Source of the DNA: the human T2T-CHM13v2.0 reference genome, Homo sapiens
Length of the DNA stretch: 64,000 nt
Assembly: GCF_009914755.1 (NCBI RefSeq)
Contig: NC_060929.1
Reading direction: 5' to 3' (one strand)
This document shows, one piece after another, positions 32,431-45,312 of the stretch (positions within the stretch are counted from its first letter, which is position 1; every line of letters begins with the position of its first letter). A model generated the notes under the pieces. It was not told the DNA's origin, ran no database searches, and saw only the letters and a list, made by a program, of their open reading frames with translations. Both the position numbers and the translations under genes were made by a program.

Positions 32431-32802
32431 TGATATGGTTTGGCTCTGTGTCCCCACCCAAATTTTCATGTTGAATTATAATTCCAATTATTGGGGAAAG
32501 TACCTGGTGGTAGGTGATTGGATCATGGGGGTGGATTTCCCCCATACTGTTCTCATAAGAGTGAGTGAGTACTCATGAGAACTGATGGTTTAACAGAGTG
32601 TGTCACCTGCCCCCCACCCTTGCTCCGACATGTAAAGAAAGTACTTGCCTGCCCTTCACCTTCTGCCATGACTGTAAGTTTCCTGAGGCCTTCCAATCAT
32701 GCTTCCCTCTTAAGCCTGCAGAACTGTGAGTTAATTAAACTTCTTAATAAATTATCCAGGTGCAGGTAGTTCTTTAGAGCGGTGTGAGAACAGACTAATA
32801 CA
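32431..32802 (+). mobile_element. THE1D/MSTA-type MaLR solo LTR
   Basis: tgatatggtttggctctgtgtccccaccc...gaacagactaataca. Perfect 5-bp TSD GGCTG (32426-30 / 32803-07). Confidence 0.92.
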
Positions 32803-35070
32803 GGCTGTCTGCTTTATATATGATAGCATAAATCCGTCACAAACTAGCCCACCACAAGATAATAACTCTGGAAAAACTCTAAATTAAATCCCTTCTACCT
32901 GAAGGGACTAAGGAGAAAATGAATACAGATAAAATATGAGGTGGAGTTAAAACTTTGAACAGTAACTGACAGTGTGTGCGTTTCCTGGGTTTTGTCTCAT
33001 TTTCTTTAGTTTGGTAGCTTTGCCTTAAGTGTGGGCAGCAGTTGCTGAGCACTATAGCATGGACAGGTGAAATTCCAATAGAAATAAAAAGCCTAATATT
33101 TTTCTGGCTAGAAAAAAACAGAGAAAGGAGCCCAAGTAACCAAGGGCACTGGAGAGTAAGGGGTGAATGCTGGAGAAGAAAGAGCTAGAGAAAAGTTCAT
33201 TAACTTTATGTATGAAATCTGCCAAAGTCTCAGGCTGACCACTGAATCATGCATGTATCAGTAATACCTGTTTCAATATTGAACTTCAACAATTGACAGA
33301 GATTTGAGCTACAAACCAGAGGAGCAAGACAGAGCTTCAAATCTGAGTCTAACAAAGTTAATTTCTCCCTAAAACAAAACCACCAACATTCTTCAGAAGA
33401 CTATAATAGAACACAGAGTCTCTCTAACATAACATGCATAATAGTTAGGACATAATCCAAAATTACTTGACATAAAAAGAATCAGAAAAATAACACACAC
33501 TCCCAAGGGAAAATGCAGTCATTAGATTCATGTCATGAGATGATTCAATGTTGCAATTATCAAAGAAGAAATTTAAATCAACTGTTATGATTGAAATCTG
33601 TCTCCCCAAAAGATTTTAAAGTCCTAACCCTCAGTACCTGTGAATGTGACCTTATTTACAAATATGGTCTTTCCAAATGGTCAAGTTGAGATGACGTCAT
33701 CAGGGTGGGCCTTAATCCAATAGGACTCCATAATTACAAAAAGGGAAAATTTAGACACAGAGATAGATATGTGTAGAGGAACCATGATGTAAACACACAT
33801 GAAGAATGCCATCTACAAAACAAGGAATACCTGAGGCTATCAGGAGGTAGGAGGGAGGAATGGAAGAGATTATCCCTCAGAGTTCTCAGAATGAATCGGT
33901 CTTACAGACATGCTGATTTTGGACTTCTATCCTCCAGAATTGTAAGACAATAAATTTTTGCTGTTTGAGTCACCCTCTTTGTGGCACTTTGTTTTAGCAG
34001 CCCTAAGAAAGTTATACAGCAGATTATAAAAAGCTATACTGTAAAAGAAATGACTCTAAATGAATGAAAAAAAGTTATGCTTGGCAGATAAATGTAAAGA
34101 ACAAAATATGAGCTCATGGATATTTGGAAATTGAAAAATGCAATATTTGAAATAGAGATTTTACCAGATGTCGTCAATAGCAAAATAAAAATGACACAGG
34201 AAGGGGTCTGTGAACTTGACCATAGGAAAATGAAAATTATCCACTCTGAAAAAGAGAGAGAAAATAAACAGCACCTCAGAGACTTGTGAGACAACATCAA
34301 AAGGTATAATATATGCATAATCAGAGTCTCAGAAACAGAAGAGAGAATGGAGCTAAAAAAATGATTAGAAGAAATAATGGTCGAAGACTTTGTAAATTTG
34401 GCAAAATACCTGGTTCAATAAGATCAACAACCAAGAAGAAAAAAAAATCAAAGAAAATTACTCCTACATACTTTAAAATCAAACTGTATAAAACTAAAGA
34501 TATAGAAAAAATGTCTTGAAAACAACCATAACAATACAATACATTCGATACAAGGAAACATTAATTTCAATGATACAGACTTATCAGAAACTATAGAGGC
34601 AAAAAACAGTGGAAGAATATTTTTAAATTGCAGAGAGTAAAAATGTATACTCAGAATTCTATATCAAGCCAACTTTAAGAATGAAATAAAAACAAATGCA
34701 TTTTCAAATAAAGAAAATTTCAGACAAATTTTTACTAGCAGACCTGTGCTATAAGAAATCATAATGGATAGAAAAGATAGCAAAAGGAAAGTTGGATTTT
34801 CAGGAATAAATGCAAAAAAAATAGAAAATAAATATTTGGGTAAATATGAAATAATAACCCATTAGTATCTCTAAAATACATAGTACAATTGATAGAAAAA
34901 TTATAACCTTTTTGGGGGGTTGTAATGCATGTAAACATAATATATATGAAAACAATATCAGAAAGTTTAGTAGCAAGCATTGGTAAAATTATTTTATTTT
35001 TGTAAATCTTATAACAATATTATAATAGTAACTCTAAACAGTCTAGGAGAAGTTAAGAATGGATATTGCC
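32803..35070 (+). mobile_element. Old L1M 5' region with degenerate ORF1, interrupted by MLT1
   Basis: cctcagagacttgtgagacaacatcaaaagg (LRDL.DNIKR), gaagaaataatgg (EEIM), KIKLYKTKDIEK, actcagaattctatatc (RILY). These are ORF1p-like motifs. Confidence 0.75.
33583..34018 (+). mobile_element. MLT1B/MLT1C-type MaLR solo LTR
   Basis: tgttatg..gtcctaaccctcagtacctgtgaatgtgaccttattt..ggacttctatcctccagaattgtaagacaataaattt..gcagccctaagaaagttataca. Confidence 0.88.
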
Positions 35071-35449
35071 ATTACTACAACAATCATCAAAATAATTCCT
35101 TCTCCTCATGTCTACAGAGGAGAGGTGGTGAACCTGGATTTCCACCCCATACTTGGCAATAATGAAGCAATGTTCCCCTTTGCCTACTGAAGCTGCATGG
35201 GATAAGCACACATTTAGTTAAGCACGCAGGTCTTATAATGCTCAACATATGCAGGTTCCAATTCAAAGTTAAATCTATGTATATTAATTATAGTAATCAA
35301 TATTTCTGGTATTATATCTTTAATCTTAATTTTTTTTGGTTATGTTTACTTCTTGTTTCCTTCTCTTTTAACCTCTGTGTCTTGCCCAAGTGTTCTATTT
35401 TCTTTATTTTTTCCTCTCTTTATTTGGAAAGTATAAATTCTGACAGTCA

Positions 35450-37310
35450 TTTTTTTAAAATAATTGAAGAATATTTTACATCCAGCAAAATTTAGTTTTC
35501 TTGGAGTATAGATCTACGAGGTTGTACAAATGCATACAGGCATGTAACTACAGACACAATCCAAAAATATCATCATCTGAAAAAAATCCATCATCTGAAA
35601 AAAAGCAAAAAATAGATCTATTGTCTGAAAAAAAAATCCTCTTGCTGCCCCTTTGTATCTAGTCACTTTCCCAAGCTGCCTGTCCCAGTAATGATTAACT
35701 TATTTTCATTCCTATAGTTTTGCCTTTCAAGAGTGGGGTGTAAATGGACACGTACAGGAAGTAGCCTTTTAAGTATGACTTCTTTTACTTAGCTTTATAC
35801 ATTTGATTTTATGCATATTGTAGTATATATCAGTAGTTTGCTCCTTTTAAAATTAAGGAGTAGTATTCCATTGACAGAGGTGCAGCAGTTTGTTTACCTG
35901 TTTACTAGTTTAAGGACATTTGGATTGTTTCCAGTTTGGAGTATTAATGAATAAAGCCACTATAAATATTCATATGGAGACTTTTAAGTAAAAGTTTATT
36001 TCTCAAAAGTTTTAAATTTACAAAAAAGTTAATTTAGTAGCGTTTCCATATATTCCACACTAGTTTCCTCTATTAACAAGTTAAATTAGTAGGATACATT
36101 TGTTACAACTAATAAATATTTATACCTTATTATTAATTAATGTCTATATTTTATTCAGATTTTCTTAATTTTTACTTAATGTCCTTTTTTGGGGACCATA
36201 CTCCTATCCAGAATAGCATATTGCAGTTAATTGTTATGTCTTCTTAAGTTCCTACGGACTATGGCGGTTTTTCAGACTCTCCTTGTTTTTGATGACGTTG
36301 GTAGTTTTGAGGAGTACCCATCAGGTAGAATGTCGTTCAATTTTGGTTGTCCAGTGTTTTTCTCATGGGATTACTGGATTTGGGGCAGGAAAACCACAGA
36401 CGTAAAATTTCATTTCTCTTCATGTTATATCAAAGGGGCAGATTATTAGTGAAACTTATCATTGTTAATCACTTGGCTGATGTATTGTTTGTTGAGTGTT
36501 TTCACTATAAGTTTTCCTGTTCTCCCACTTTTCATATAGAATTCTTTAGAACGAAGTAACTGTGAACAACCCACTTGTAATGGCTAGGATATTCTACTCT
36601 GCCTATTTAATGGGGAAATGTCTACATAAATTTTTTAGATTATTTTGCACAGGAAATTTTTCTATTCATCCCCATTTATTTATTCAGTTATTTATTTGTA
36701 TCAGCGCAGACTCATAAATACGTATTTTATACTTTGTGTTATAAGCTAATATTACATTATCTTGATGTTCATATTGCTCCAACTTTAGCCATTGGGGGCC
36801 TTTTTAGCTGACTTCTGTGTTCCTTTGACATACTCCTATTGTTACATTTTTCCTCTTTTTTTTTTTCCTTTTGTGACTTTCTTGTTTTCCGGCTCTATAC
36901 CATATTGTATTCCTATCAACAATGTCAGATTGTTTCAATTGCTCTGCATTTTTTTGCCAGAAGATGGCTTTCAAGTATTATTTATTTTATTTTAGCCATT
37001 CTAGTAGCTATGCAATGATACCTTTTTGGTTTTTGAATTTTGATTTATGATGACTAATGACTCTGTGCATTATTTGATGTGCTTATTTTTCCATATGTAT
37101 ATCTTTAGTGAAAAGTATGTTCAAAATATTTTACTCATTTTTAATAGAATTCTTTTCTATAAATTTTGAGAGTTATTTATATATTCTGGATACAAGTTCT
37201 TTGTCAGAAGTGATTTTTTAAGCTTTATTGTGGTATAATATACCTATTGTAGTATAATTTAATGAATCTTAGTTAATTTCTACAGTTATATGACTATTAT
37301 TATCCCTGTC
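35450..37310 (-). mobile_element. Nested old L1 (L1MB/MC/MD) 3' fragments
   Basis: ggacatttggattgtttccagtttgg, acatttgttacaactaataa, tttagccattctagtag, ttatatattctggatacaagttctttgtcaga. Confidence 0.75.
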
Positions 37311-37904
37311 ATTTTACACTTAAAAACAACACTCAAACTTATTTGAATATATTTATAAACAACAATATTGAGCTCTCTATTCAAAGATAAGAGTTTTGCA
37401 TGTCTCTATGTCTTTGTGCTTCTTTCTTTACCAGCTAAAAAAATTTGGATTTGAATTGTGATTTGGAACCAAAACAATGAGTTTTGCATCCTATAATTTA
37501 GGAAGCTTGTAATCTTTTATTAGAAAAACTATTTTTGTATTAACCTTAAGTTTTATAAATTTATAAATGATTATATTTCTTTAATTTGACATTCAATTTA
37601 TTTGTTTACAGTACTTTTTTATATTTTGTCTCTCACGGAATTTGCAAACAACTAACAACTGCTATTAAACACTACAAAGTAAAGATGAAATAAAGGGACA
37701 TATAATAGTGGGTACAAATGTAGATTCCTTCACCAATACTAAAAATTTAATTTTATCTATGTTGAACATAATCATTATGTTCATTGACTATAAGTCAGAG
37801 AAGAGATTATCAGCCAATAGTAAGCTAAATCTTAGATTACCTTAACCAATTTGAATGATTGGAACACAGAGATGAAAATTCCTACTTCAGCATACACTGA
37901 TTTG

Positions 37905-38400
37905 AGGCATTCTGGAGTGCTGGGTTCCGTTTGATTTGCCATTCTTTAAGAGAGACATTGACAAATTGGAGCTAATACATAGGGCAACCAAGATAGTAAA
38001 AGGGCTAGACGTGGTGTCACATAAGAAATGTTTAGAAAAAACTGGAATGTTTAGTCTGCAGAAGGAAAGAATGATGGGGCTATGGATTGGTGGAGGAACA
38101 TGATAGCCATCTATTTTTAAACATTTACAGGACCAACAAAATAAAGAGGATTTGTTTTGGGGGGTCACAAAAGGTCTCACTAGTAGTGGTAGATTAAGTT
38201 CAAAGGAGGCAAGGCTTGACTTATAAAAGGAAGAACTTTTTAAAATTTAGAAATTCTAAAATGGAATAGGTTTTCTAATTTAGATGCAAGTTTGGCCAAA
38301 AAAAAAAAAAAAAAAAAAAATTGGCTCCAAGGTCAATAGCATGCATGAATCCTGTCTAAATAATCTTGAAGTTTGCTAATTTAGATTCTTCATGAATGTA
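37905..38400 (+). mobile_element. CR1/L3 LINE relic (RT C-terminus)
   Basis: ttctttaagagagacattgacaaattggag (FKRDIDKLE), agggcaaccaagatagtaaaagggcta (RATKIVKGL), ctggaatgtttagtctgcagaag (GMFSLQK). Confidence 0.85.
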
Positions 38401-39211
38401 TACTCCATCAAGCAGTATTTTCTATGACAATTGATAAACATGTGGTTTTGATAGTAAACCTGTTGTCCTGGACACTGAATAGAAAGTATGCTGCAGAGAA
38501 TGGTTACAGGATAATGAGATTAGTACTTTAAAGATGCATAGCTTTTGAATAGGTAGAGAAGTAACTATTTTAGTTGCAGAATATATGTCTAAGAATACAG
38601 AAAGAGGCATAACCAAATATGTCATTTTCATAAGACACTGAGGAGGCAAATATAACTGGAAAAAAGCATGTATGTAAATGTTCATGAAATAATTGTTTGG
38701 AAGAAGAGATTGAGTTTGTCATTAATGGTCTCCAGTGACATTCATAGTCCAAGTTAAATAATTGGTTCACAGTCATCATCTTACCTGACCAAACACGAGC
38801 ATTGATACACCTGATCACTCCCTCCTATTTGAAACAAACCCATCGTTTGGCTTCCACACATTACCCATGCCTTACTTTTATTCTTCCTTTCTGGATACTC
38901 CTTCTAGTTTCCTTTACTGATTCTTCTGTACTTATTTCAGAGGTGGTATTGTTTCAGTCACATAGTTTTATATGCCATGTACAAATTGATGTCTCCTTAA
39001 CGTATATCTCTACCTTCTACTTTCCTGAACTTCACATTCAGCTATAAAACCATCTACTTGATCATCTGTAACATATTATCTCTTGAATATTTAATAAACA
39101 TATTAAATGAAACATATCCAAACTGAACTTCTGCTATCTACCTTACTTCTCTTCACCACTGTGTCCTTCTCTTGTAGTGTTGTTCCCTGTCTTGTTAAGT
39201 TATAGCTCTAA

Positions 39212-39262
39212 TATATATATGTATATGTATATATATATGTGTGTGTGTATATATATATCTAT
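39212..39262. repeat. (TA)n/(TG)n microsatellite
   Basis: Directly visible. Confidence 0.85.
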
Positions 39263-39717
39263 ATCACTTGTACAGTAAACTAGATTTATTCTTCATTTTC
39301 ATTTCCCCTTATTACCACTTATTCAATCCATCAGTAAGTCCTATAGAATCTACTTTCAAAATGTATTCAGAATGCAGCCACTTCTCATCTCCTCTACAAC
39401 TACCACCCTGATCCAGCCATCATTATTTCTTACCTGAATTACTATAGCCTCCTAGTCTGCTCTTTCCTCCTTCAGTACAGTCTCAAGAGAATAGCTTTTT
39501 AAATGAAGGCCAAATCATCTTACAACTCTGCTCAACATCTTTTAATGGCTTCTATCTCACTCAGAGATGACTGGAAAAAGTTCTTTACAATAACCCCAAC
39601 ATTTTGAGTGATCTAGCATTCTTCACCTCTCTGACCTCATCTCTTAGTACTATCCTTACTAATTCTACTCCAGTCACATGGTTCTTTTTACTACTTTTCA
39701 AACATACAGATAAGGTC

Positions 39718-40152
39718 TGCAGTATAGTGACCTTAGACTAACCCAGTTCCTCCTTCTTTCTTACTTGTAGTTCTCAAGAATGTTCTGGGGATGCAACATC
39801 TTGCAATAAGAGAGAGCTGACCAGAACAGCCCAGGCTTTGTTCCCCACAGGAAAAAGTGTCCCTCAATGCTTTAGAGTTCTTTCACCCTAGAGTAGAAGA
39901 CACAGAGTGGGCTGCTTTTGGGGGTCCCTCAGCTGTAGTACAAGTGGAACATAGGTAGATGAGATCCCATTTAACCCAGGCAGCTTTCCTGGGCCTTGGG
40001 AGACAGGTTAACAATGACTCTTAGGCTTCTGTTATCCCTTGCTGTTTATGTATTTGAAATAAACATGCTTTATGTAAATTGTTTTATGTGGGTGTTCCAT
40101 CTCGCCAGACTCACACAGGTTGGTAACCAATGCACAGTGAACCTGCTTTACA
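39718..40152 (+). mobile_element. ERVL-class solo LTR (LTR47-like, subfamily uncertain)
   Basis: TG...CA termini, aataaa near the 3' end, 5-bp TSD aggtc/agttc (one mismatch). It interrupts the L2. Confidence 0.7.
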
Positions 40153-40259
40153 AGTTCTTTTATCAGGACATTTGAAATCACTGTTCCCTTTTCCTCCAGA
40201 TATCTATATGACATGTGCTCTCATTTCCTTCAACAGTCACAATTTTGGTAAATTCTGCA

Positions 40260-40616
40260 TCTATGAACTGAATATTTGCCCTTCCAAAATTTATGTGCTG
40301 AAGCCTTAAGCCCCAACGTGATTTTATATGAAGATGGAGCCTTTACGAAGGCAATCAGTCATGAGGGTAGAGCCCTCGTGAATTGGATTAGTGCCCTTTT
40401 TAAGAGAGACATGACAGAGATGATCTCTCTCTCTCTACCATGTGAGGATATAATATAAGATGACCATTTGAACACGAGGGAAACGGTTCTCACCCAATGC
40501 CAGATCTGCTGGCACCTTGATCTTGGGCTTTGCTGTCTCCAAAACAATGAGAAATAACTGTCAGTTGTTTAAGGTACCCGGTCTATCAGACTTGTAATGC
40601 AAAACCAACTGAGGCA
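40260..40616 (+). mobile_element. MLT1A-type MaLR solo LTR
   Basis: ctatgaactgaatattt..catgagggtagagccctcgtgaattggattagtgcccttt..atctgctggcaccttgatcttgg. Confidence 0.85.
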
Positions 40617-41421
40617 CCAACTCTGTATAAAATCACAACCCTTTCTCCCAGTACTTAATATCCCTTTTCCTGTTTTGTTTTTCCCCCTTAGTACTTATAA
40701 GTATACCATTTACATCCTAAATATTTTATTATTTATCTAGATTATTATGTCACTTCTTCAATAGTTGTAAGCAAGAATTTGTGTCCATGTTGCTCACTAC
40801 TGTACTTCAGTTCCTGGAAGAGTACATGGCACATAGTGGTTGTTCAATTTTGACTGTGTTTTCAAAGTCCTGGGAATTAGGCTAAAGATTGAAAATTGTG
40901 TTTGCTTGGCTCTGAGACACCTGTGGGATCTTTTTCACAGTGAAGTGTTATGTCAAAGAGGTATTATAGTAAGATTAATTTCCAAAATTAGGATTTGAAT
41001 ATATGATCATGACTTGAATGCCCCAAAGCTGCACAGGATTAAGAAAAGAAGCCCATCTTCTGGAAGTATGTTATGGAAATTTACCACATATCTTGTGGTC
41101 AAGATGAAATAGAACAAAACGAAGAGAGTAGTTACTTAGAATTAACATTTTAGGGCTGGTTATTGGGTAAGAGGAAGAAAAAAAATCACAATTCTGGTGT
41201 GAAATTAGGTATTTAGGGATAGAAGATCCACTGGAATAAACAAAGATATTTAGTGAAAGAGCTCATGAAAGGAGAAGTGAAAGCAGGGGCTGGCATTATT
41301 TACATTAAGTCATTTATAATAATATAGTAATAGTAATAAAATAACACTAGTTTTATCACTAATAAAATAGTATTGGTTTGCTGTTTCCTTTGACGTAATG
41401 GAAAGAAATATTCAAGTTAAA

Positions 41422-41487
41422 GCCACTGCACTCCAGCCTGGACGACAGAGAGAGACTCCGTCTCAAAAAAAAAAAAAAAGAAAGAAA
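41422..41487 (+). mobile_element. Severely 5'-truncated Alu (AluY-like 3' end)
   Basis: gccactgcactccagcctggacgacagagagagactccgtctc plus A/(GAAA) tail. Perfect 17-bp TSD gaaagaaatattcaagt (41401-17 / 41488-504). Confidence 0.9.
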
Positions 41488-41867
41488 GAAAGAAATATTC
41501 AAGTGAAAAATATCCAACATGAATTTGGAAATAAAAGAATCACCTGGAAGTGTAGACAAGTTGGAGATATCAATTTAGTATGATCTTCATATACCTTAAG
41601 AACTGAACTGCAAGAGGATGAATCATCTGATAGAAAGAGAATAAAGAGAACAAGTACAAGGCAGGAGAAAAGTAGCATTTGGGCTAGGAAAAAATCTCTG
41701 AAGAATATAAAACAAGAGTAGAGAATTTTTCAAGATATTTTTGCTCAATTATAGATAAAAATGTTGAATATTGAAAAATAAAGGAATCAATGATGTCTGA
41801 AATTTTTTTTTTTAGTAGAGTAGTGAGGAAAGAATTATCAGATTACAAAGGATTGAGATAAAAATAG

Positions 41868-42297
41868 TGTAGTGGATGATGTAGTGTAACACTTAGATCC
41901 CCTTTGGGACTGAAGCTCTCATTCCTCCAGCTGCTGGTAATGTTGGTGGTTGACAAATCTTAGTTGAGTCCTTCTCTTAGAACTACCCTTGTCTGAAGAA
42001 AGTTTGCTCACCCAAAGTCATGCCCCCTCCTCTGTGGGTAGACTGCATTCAACACTGGTCAATGAGGTAGTATTAAGGCAAACCTCCTTTCCTTAAAGTG
42101 GGACAACTCTGGAGATGGAGGGCATAGCAGCCCTAGAGCCACAATTACATCCAGTTAGGTCTTTCTTGTGACTGTGTTGCAATTCAACTACTTCTCCTTC
42201 TAGCCAATATATCCACTCTCCCACTAATGTTATTCCTGAAGACCTCGCTGTGTAAACTGTACTTGACTGTCCACTCCAAGGAATCTCACCTACGACA
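41868..42297 (+). mobile_element. LTR16-like ERVL solo LTR
   Basis: tgtagtggatg..ctcattcctccagctgctgg..cccaaagtcatgccccctcc..gggacaactctg..cctacgaca. TSD aatag/aatgg. Confidence 0.75.
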
Positions 42298-44599
42298 AAT
42301 GGATATGTTAGACATTTAAGAAACACTGATGAAAATGATTGGGCTAAAAAATTGGGATTAATAGTATTCATATTTATGAATTCACCAGAAGTCCTTTCAA
42401 TTCAACATGGATTTGTTAAAATCAACTGTATATAGAGTACTATACCATGTGTTACTAGAAGCATAACAAGAGCGAGATGATGGCCCTTGCCCCTAAACCT
42501 CATGATAAATGCATTAAACTTATGAAAGAGCATTGATTCAGACTGAGGCTGAAATCCTCCCAGATTACAAACACACTCATGATTAACAACCTGCAGATGT
42601 GCATGAATGTGTGAAAGAAGATGAGACTGTAAAGGATTTGAAATGATTCTAGTCTGTGTTTACAGACAGACTTCTAAAGATGTTCCCAGCATTTGTAGAT
42701 TAGTTAGTATTTTAACTACCTACTTATTTCCTTAAACAGATATGCATCTGTGGTTCCAAGGACACAAAAAATATAATTTGACATAATTTGACTTATAGCC
42801 GTTTCATCTTGTAAGGTTATCTTTTCTAATATTGCATTAAGGCAATATATGGATGGGCGATTCTTAAGGAAATTCTGAAAATGTTCTTTAAGAGTCCAAA
42901 GACAACTAATTGCCACAACTTCTGGGAAATATAATATGTCAATTCTAATACTAGGAACAGTCCCACGATGATATTGACTCAGCCTTTTTACTTTGAACAT
43001 TCTCTAATAAAACAGTTCCTTTTTCTCTTCCTAACAATTTAGGAAAACAGCAAGAACTCAATGTCTGAACATTCAGCATTTCCATGATCACATATGCACA
43101 CTGCAAGCAATCTTCGTTATTGGGTAGTTAAGAATTGTGTAAACGTGGCTTGCAATAAAACAAGATAAAAAGAGCACTGGCTGCTAAGTTGAGAGGACCT
43201 ACAGCAAGCAGAGAAATCACAGGATTATATAACTGATTAAGTAGGAAATGGCATTCACAGACAAAGATGTTGTAAAATACTTACTGCAAACAGCTATCCT
43301 CTATATTCTTAAATACTTTTCAGGAAAGAAACTCAGAATTTAATAGTCTTTGCCATCAGTCTTAAATCCTCTATGACAATTGAAGTCCATTTCCTGTTTT
43401 TATATCTTTAATGCTCTCAGTGATCCATATAGCGGCCTATAATAAATTTTCTATTTTTTATAGAAAAAATAGAACTGAGTAATCATTGAATCTGTGGTTT
43501 TCTGTCTCCCTTTTCTGTCATCTCACATTCAATATGGATGACCTAATTTATTTTGCCATCCAAAATACACATAAACCATTGTCATCTACATTGTTATTAT
43601 AGTTCTTGTCCAGAGAAATCTTACATCAATGTTAATATCATGACTAGAATTGCTACATCATGATGGTACAATCATAGGAATTATTTTCAAGCTAAGGACA
43701 TTCATCCCATCATGATGGCATATTATTTCATCCCCAGTGCATTCCCAAATGGCTTCCTACCTACTTTTAAGTGAGAAATATGAAGGAAGTATAAAATATT
43801 CTGTCTAAAGAAAGGGTTCCAAAATGACAATGCTTGCTTTATTCCTTATTTTTAACCCGAAGTTTCATCTTTTGTTTTAAACCTGATTTGTTCCCCATTA
43901 GGAGATAAAAGAGGTGCTTCTATATCATTCCTGTTTTTCTCATGTTAGAAATGTTTACACAATTTGTAGGGAATGGTCTGTTAGCAATTTCTGGATTAAA
44001 TTTTATTTACAGAGTTCTGGTCTGGGAGTAAAATTGAATCAGGGAGTTTCCTAGGTGAATAAGCTTACATGGCTTATTCCTACCCATATTCTCCTTTTAG
44101 ATATTACATTATCTTAATCAGTATACACTACGTGTTTGACATTGTAGAATGATATACAGAAATTCTACTTTTCCAGGTAGATATTTATTGACCATGACAT
44201 TTAAGCAAGGCAGATGCTTCCTTTGTTAAGAGGGTTAAGAATTGAGCTTATCATGACAAATATAAATGTTTAGCCCAATTATTAATTAATAACTTTTTCT
44301 TGTGAACATCTGTAAGAACAACATGATTGTGCTGGCAAACATCTAATGGGATATCCAAAAGAGTGATTAATTCAACTCCTCTTGGGGCTTTTTGTGTAAT
44401 CCCAAGTTTTCCAGAAATATTTTATAACAAAGTCACGGTGACTATGAAATCTCAATCACTGCCAGATTATTCGTTTATCTATCTATCTGTTCATTTTTTC
44501 AAATGTGTTTGGTTAGAGCATAACAACTTTTTTATATTTGTCTCTGTAGTTCAAGAAAGAAAGGGACTTAAATAGTAGTAGCATTGCTTACTGCACATC

Positions 44600-44722
44600 A
44601 CCATTATCTAAGCTGTGTAATAAATACAAAAAGTGAATTATGTAGGAAAAGATTGCAGATGTATTGTTAAGCTGAAAAAGCAAGCAGGGTGCCCAGTATG
44701 TATAATATGATCCCTTTATATA

Positions 44723-44773
<51 letters not shown>

Positions 44774-44990
44774 TATACATGTTATAAAGGTAATATTTAA
44801 AATAATACAAATCAATCTTGCAGAATATTCGAAAAAATATTGAGTGATTATTTGTGGGGAGAGAAGTGAGATGGGGTAAAAATTAAAGGTGATATTACTA
44901 TTTATCTACAGAAATCCTCAGTGTTTGAATTTTTAAATACATATAAACATTGTTTTAATATGCATTAAACTGTTTTTAAATTTAAAACAT
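44600..44990 (+). mobile_element. Old L1ME 3'UTR fragment with (TA)n(CA)n at ~44728-44775
   Basis: tattgttaagctgaaaaagcaag..gtataatatgatcccttt. Confidence 0.55.
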
Positions 44991-45003
44991 ATATAAGAAT
45001 GAG

Positions 45004-45312
45004 AGCTGGGCACATCGGCTCATGCCTGTAATCCCAGCAATTTGGAAAACCAAGGTAGGCAGATTGCTTGAGGCTGGGAGTTCAAGGCCAGCCTCGGCAA
45101 CATGGCATAACCTTGTCTCTACAAGAAATACAAAAATTAGCTGGGTGTTGTGGTGCAATCCTGTAGTCCCAGCCACTTGGGATGCTGAGGCAGGAGGATC
45201 TATTGACCCTGGGAATCAAGGGTGCAGTGAGCTGTGGTCATGCCACTGCACTCCTGCCTGGGGGACAGAGTGAGACTGTTTTGAAAACAAACAAAACAAA
45301 AAAACAAAAAAA
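45004..45312 (+). mobile_element. AluJ
   Basis: gattgcttgaggctgggagttcaaggccagcc..gaggcaggaggatc..gcagtgagctgtg; (CAAAA)n tail. Confidence 0.92.

Larger units (their letters stand above)
38790..40850 (+). mobile_element. L2, hosting two LTR insertions
   Basis: aacatatccaaactgaacttctg, tcaatccatcagtaagtcct, ctctgctcaacatcttttaatggcttct; 3' end acatggcacatagtggttgttcaat. Confidence 0.8.

Noticed and set aside
35565-35640. catcatctgaaaaaaa repeated (also 2548-2590 and 53907-53933)
   Set aside because: Ordinary slippage micro-duplications.
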